Of a DNA stretch of 64,000 nt, positions 60,138 through 64,000 are shown one piece after another. Source of the stretch: Candidatus Poribacteria bacterium. GTDB taxonomy: Bacteria > Poribacteria > WGA-4E > PCPOR2b. The position numbers were made by a program, and so were the translations under genes. Positions within the stretch are counted from its first letter, which is position 1. Each line of letters starts with the position of its first letter. Under the pieces are notes generated by a model. It was not told the origin of the DNA. It saw only the letters and a program-made list of their open reading frames with translations, and did no database searches. Where the stretch lies: the NCBI GenBank assembly GCA_965198175.1, contig OZ240245.1:3552001-3616000 (forward strand). The letters run 5' to 3'.

Positions 60138-60803
60138 ATGAGATGCGAGCCAGCAGAAAAATTATTGCTCGACTATATTGAAGGAACGCTGCCTCTAAAG
60201 CCAAAAGACCGGTTAGAGTATCATCTGGGCAACTGTCTTCATTGTCAAGAAGTTCTGGAGGGCTTTGAGAAAACCATCCACCTTGCCGGTAGTTTGCCAG
60301 TCAAATATCCTTCGTCAGAGGCTTGGGAAGATTTTTGGCCTAAGCTGAGAAGTCAAGTCTCGCAGAACCCAGCTCTTGAAAATCGCCTTTCGCTCAGAAC
60401 ACATAAATGGAAAATTGCCGCCGCAGTTTGCATTTTAGTCGCCCTTCTAGGCTTTTGGGGGCTATGGAGCTACGGTTTGTTCAAAATTCCGATGGCAGAC
60501 CGAAGTCCCTCCTTAGATGAACGAATTGTCCAGAATTTTATGGGGGAGATTTCTTCAAAGTACTTACAAGAGCTATTAAGTCAAGAACTCCAACGTCTGG
60601 ATGGGACGAGCTTAACCTGGAGCGGTGAGAATTTGCTGATGGATGAAATTGGGTTGCGGCAATCTACTGAAGGTAACAGTCTCGTGAGTCAATTGTTTGA
60701 GGTGATTGCCACCGAAGTCGATCGTGAGTATTTTGAAGATGACGAGTTGACGGATCTCGTCGCGTTAATGGAGAGTAGATTGATTCTCGCTTCACTACGC
60801 TAA
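60138..60803 (+). CDS. zf-HC2 transmembrane anti-sigma factor
   Basis: HLGNCLHC (HxxxCxxC) and a single TM segment; directly downstream of the ECF sigma. Confidence 0.85.
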   Translation: MRCEPAEKLLLDYIEGTLPLKPKDRLEYHLGNCLHCQEVLEGFEKTIHLAGSLPVKYPSSEAWEDFWPKLRSQVSQNPALENRLSLRTHKWKIAAAVCILVALLGFWGLWSYGLFKIPMADRSPSLDERIVQNFMGEISSKYLQELLSQELQRLDGTSLTWSGENLLMDEIGLRQSTEGNSLVSQLFEVIATEVDREYFEDDELTDLVALMESRLILASLR

Positions 60804-60923
60804 AGCAATTTTCGCATTAGCAGTTGAACAGATATGAAAAGCCATCCATGAGCGGTGTACGCACTCTGTAAGTTTGCGGTTCCGCTCTGAACAATTACCA
60901 ATTTTCAAAGGAGGAAAATTACT

Positions 60924-61445
60924 ATGAATCGCCGGTATTTATTGTTGTTTACTCTGCTACCCCTAACGTTTGCGCTTGTTATTGTGATCCCTCGTATCAA
61001 AGCTGAGGCGCCGCCGTCTCAACAGACGACGCAAAATGCAACGGCTGAATTGGTGGAGCTCCTTAAAATTTGGAAGCTCATTGATGCGGTTTCACCAGAA
61101 TCAGAGCAATCGGTGCCACTGTTAACGAAATTTAACGAGTTAGAAGACTTAAAAGCAAAATATCGGCAAGAACACCGAGGAGCGATAAATCGGTTAAAGC
61201 AACTAGAGGCAACGAAGCTTGATTCTGAGGTGAAAATGCCCGAGTTACAGACTGCGTTGGATCAGTACCGTCAAATCGAAGTAAACTTTATTGCGCGCAG
61301 AAAAAAGATTAAGGAGGAGATTAGCCAAATCTTGACCGTCGAGCAACAGGCAAAATTTGAGGTTTTCAGTTATAGTTACCGTCAAGACCTAAAGCAAACA
61401 CTAGAAACCTTGATAGCTCTACAAGAACATCCGCGATCGAAGTGA
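60924..61445 (+). CDS. Exported helical protein, Spy/CpxP-like
   Basis: AAGGAGG RBS, signal peptide, ILTVEQQAKF motif; third gene of the ECF operon. Confidence 0.6.
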   Translation: MNRRYLLLFTLLPLTFALVIVIPRIKAEAPPSQQTTQNATAELVELLKIWKLIDAVSPESEQSVPLLTKFNELEDLKAKYRQEHRGAINRLKQLEATKLDSEVKMPELQTALDQYRQIEVNFIARRKKIKEEISQILTVEQQAKFEVFSYSYRQDLKQTLETLIALQEHPRSK

Positions 61446-61521
61446 GTGCAGTTCCCAATTTGCGGGGGACTTAACTTCGTTCAACTTGAAGTTGCGGGAA
61501 GAAAGATTGATTCATCAATCA

Positions 61522-63303
61522 CTAAAACACATGCCCGATTCCATAGGTGATGACAGGTTTGAACGATGATTTACCGGCGGCATCCAGCGGGTATGCTAAG
61601 TCTAATCGGTAAACGCGAGATTCAGTCAACTTTGGAAGGCTAAACCTTAGACCGAACCCGAAGCTCCGCTTCGGCGCCCGCAAGTTGAATTTCGCTCCAT
61701 TCCAAACGTAGCCCACATCTGCGAAGATAGTTGATCCAAGCACAATCAGCGTCTCTATTTTCTTGAAAGCTCCCCCTCTAAAGATTGTTCTGCTTTCGAA
61801 ATTCAATAGCAGCTTTTTTTCTCCGCTGAACGCCCAACTGCTATAGCCGCGTAACCCACTCGTCCCACCGAGAATTACTTGACCTCGACCCCCGAGGTCG
61901 AATCCCATCACTGTTGAAATTTGTGCGACAAGGGTTTGATAGAACCAATCCTTGCATGTCGTTTTAATCCTCGCGTTGAGGACTGAGTCCCCCAGTTGTT
62001 CTGTTATGCGTGTTGTAAGCTCAGTACGCGCATTGAGAAAAAGCAGATCTTGATGCGCCTGAGATAGCGCAAGTCTCACACTCAGGTTGGTTTGTGACTG
62101 ATCTGAATCGAACAATGGCGAGGCGTGACCAACAGATGCACCGTATCTATATCCAATCTCAATATCTTCAACACGTCCCATCTGATTGAGGAAGCGGGTG
62201 CGAATAAAATCAACATGCCTCCGTCCAAGCGTTATCCCAATAATTTTTATATTCCGATTTTCAAAATTGGCATCCGATGGGGCAAAACTCTGAATTAGAT
62301 CGAAAATGGATTTCTGAGAGGATGCCCAGAGAGAAACCTGCGTTTGCTTATGGCGGTCACCGAAAAAATGAGTGGCTCTAGCGGAATGGATTTGCAGGCT
62401 GCGCGTAAGGGTATCGGTTTTCTCGCCATTCTCATACCATCGAATTTCATCAACGGATTCTGCTATCGTAAAACCGGCGCTCCAACGGGTTTTGAGAGAG
62501 TATTGTGGGCGTTGCATCTGAACCTCCCACGAATCCCCTTCTCGCTTCTGCGTATATTGACCATCAAATCCCCAATGGTAATCAAACATGCGCGATGCTG
62601 TGTAACGACTCCTTATCAAGCTGCGTGGTTTTTCACCCTCTTCCCGTATAAGCTGGTAACGAATCCGTCCTCTATCTCCAGATCCAAATAAGTTTGAATC
62701 CGAGAGCATGATTAGGAGATTGGAAGTATCTTTGTTAAAAGCGGGTAAATCCAGAGCGGGAATAAATGTCCACAGATCGGTGACTTCAACTTGAATCCAA
62801 ACAAGCTGGGTTTCTGCATCCTGGCTTGCCGTAATCTCCGCCTTCCCCAGATACGGTTTTCGACGCAGGATGCGCTCACTTTCCAATTCATCTTCCACCG
62901 TATAAGTGTCGCCGACTTGGAAGAGCAGTTCCCGAAGAATGACGTGATCATTCGTACGGGTATTCCCCGCCACGGTAACCTTCCCAATTTTCCCTTCATC
63001 TATGGGAATCCGCAGATAAACCCCATCGGAGAACCTCTTGATTACAACTTGTTCTTCATTAATATGAGCGAATTGAAATCCATCCCGTTGATAAAACGCG
63101 ACGATTTGCTCGAGGTCTTGCTTTAGAATTTCCGCGTCGTAATCCTCCCCGATCCGGCTCTGCATCACATCCCTAATCTGGTTCTCTGAGAACGCCTCAT
63201 TCCCGACAACCACGATATTGCGGATGAGATTTGAATCTGCGTAGAGTATCCGGGGAAACACAGCGGAAATGACAATAATCATTAGGAGTTTGTGTGGCTT
63301 CAT
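61522..63303 (-). CDS. BamA/TamA-like outer membrane protein with POTRA domains
   Basis: IVVVGNEAFSENQI and VTVAGNTRTNDHVILREL (POTRA); LRGY; FADVG; C-terminal Phe. Confidence 0.85.
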   Translation of the reverse strand: MKPHKLLMIIVISAVFPRILYADSNLIRNIVVVGNEAFSENQIRDVMQSRIGEDYDAEILKQDLEQIVAFYQRDGFQFAHINEEQVVIKRFSDGVYLRIPIDEGKIGKVTVAGNTRTNDHVILRELLFQVGDTYTVEDELESERILRRKPYLGKAEITASQDAETQLVWIQVEVTDLWTFIPALDLPAFNKDTSNLLIMLSDSNLFGSGDRGRIRYQLIREEGEKPRSLIRSRYTASRMFDYHWGFDGQYTQKREGDSWEVQMQRPQYSLKTRWSAGFTIAESVDEIRWYENGEKTDTLTRSLQIHSARATHFFGDRHKQTQVSLWASSQKSIFDLIQSFAPSDANFENRNIKIIGITLGRRHVDFIRTRFLNQMGRVEDIEIGYRYGASVGHASPLFDSDQSQTNLSVRLALSQAHQDLLFLNARTELTTRITEQLGDSVLNARIKTTCKDWFYQTLVAQISTVMGFDLGGRGQVILGGTSGLRGYSSWAFSGEKKLLLNFESRTIFRGGAFKKIETLIVLGSTIFADVGYVWNGAKFNLRAPKRSFGFGLRFSLPKLTESRVYRLDLAYPLDAAGKSSFKPVITYGIGHVF

Positions 63304-63346
63304 GGGCGAGTTTAATCTTGAATTGACGGACCGCGCAACCCTCATT

Positions 63347-64000
63347 TCAACTGGAGGTACGTCTGGCTTGCACGGCATCATCGGGGATTGCACGTTCGCG
63401 ATTGGACAGGAGGGTTTCAACCAACATCAGAACAAGAGCGATCAGCAGAAGTTCACCCCAAATCTCCTTACCGACCCGATAGTCGATGAGTGTTTTACTC
63501 AACATTTCTGGGGTTGTCGTGATGTCTAGTTGAGCGTCGATTCGCTTGGTCGCTTCTCGAATCGGTATTTGCCGTAGGTGCGATTCTGTTGGATCAACAT
63601 TGACCGCAAAAAAATCTCGTCGTCGCCGATTCTTACTTTGGACCTCGATGCGATAAATTCCTGGCGAATTCGTTCCGCTGAACGTCAGCGTTCCATCTTC
63701 CGCAATTGTAACGGTCTCAGGCGGGGTTGCCACGTCTTCAACATGTCCCACCGAGGCAGTAGTCGCGCCTTCTTGGTGGTAATTGGCTACGTAGGGTTGT
63801 CCGACAAGTACAGTTCTTTGTTGGGGGGATTGAACCGCCTTCGCGTAAAGTACAGTTTGCTGCAACAAGGGTAGAAATAGAGGGTTGACAAGTAGGGTTG
63901 AAGCATATCGGTCGGTTACTGAGACATTAAATAGCAGCGCCGTTCCTAGGGCAATTGGGCGTTCGACAAGAAAAGGTGTTCCATCGCTCAGTTGCGCGAT
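63347..64000 (-). CDS. C-terminal part of a probable BatA/vWA-associated membrane protein (5'-truncated)
   Basis: Frame is open to the window end (IAQLSDGTPFLVER...LFLPLLQQ). PGIYRI, FAVNVDPTES and EIWGELLLIALVLMLVETLL are typical of such C-termini. Confidence 0.6.
   Translation of the reverse strand: MAQLSDGTPFLVERPIALGTALLFNVSVTDRYASTLLVNPLFLPLLQQTVLYAKAVQSPQQRTVLVGQPYVANYHQEGATTASVGHVEDVATPPETVTIAEDGTLTFSGTNSPGIYRIEVQSKNRRRRDFFAVNVDPTESHLRQIPIREATKRIDAQLDITTTPEMLSKTLIDYRVGKEIWGELLLIALVLMLVETLLSNRERAIPDDAVQARRTSS

Overview
64-kb bacterial chromosomal window from a diderm organism (BamA-like POTRA protein, lipoproteins). Repeated PhyH dioxygenases, Gfo/Idh/MocA oxidoreductases, Ldh_2 oxidoreductases and TIM-barrel sugar isomerases suggest Candidatus Poribacteria or a similar lineage; this is an inference, not a classification. 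Ordinary content: a sugar ABC operon, a CPA2 K+ antiporter, moaC, ackA, glnE, uppP, ychF, a GH36 alpha-galactosidase, tRNA-Phe and tRNA-Thr, and an ECF sigma/anti-sigma operon. Four regions stand out. (1) A four-gene, all-membrane operon of unknown function (12.2-15.6 kb) headed by an FN3+DUF6754-like gene carrying a 1-nt frameshift. (2) A partner-switching cluster of about 9.5 kb with no sigma factor (18.0-27.6 kb): two STAS proteins, an RsbW-like kinase, three PP2C phosphatases and a sensor kinase truncated at a TAG. (3) A defence-like island (30.1-38.2 kb): a Type III R-M pair, plus a cassette bracketed by 7-bp tandem repeats. The cassette holds a decayed PD-(D/E)xK nuclease head, a 919-aa TPR-like protein whose C-terminal tail looks like a fused antitoxin, and a translationally coupled PIN/VapC toxin. 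(4) A pair of orphan lipoproteins with a shared, unrecognised C-terminal motif behind a sigma54-type promoter (53.6-55.3 kb). Several REP-like palindromes and unexplained intergenic hairpins are also present. All family calls come from motif recognition by eye; no searches were run.
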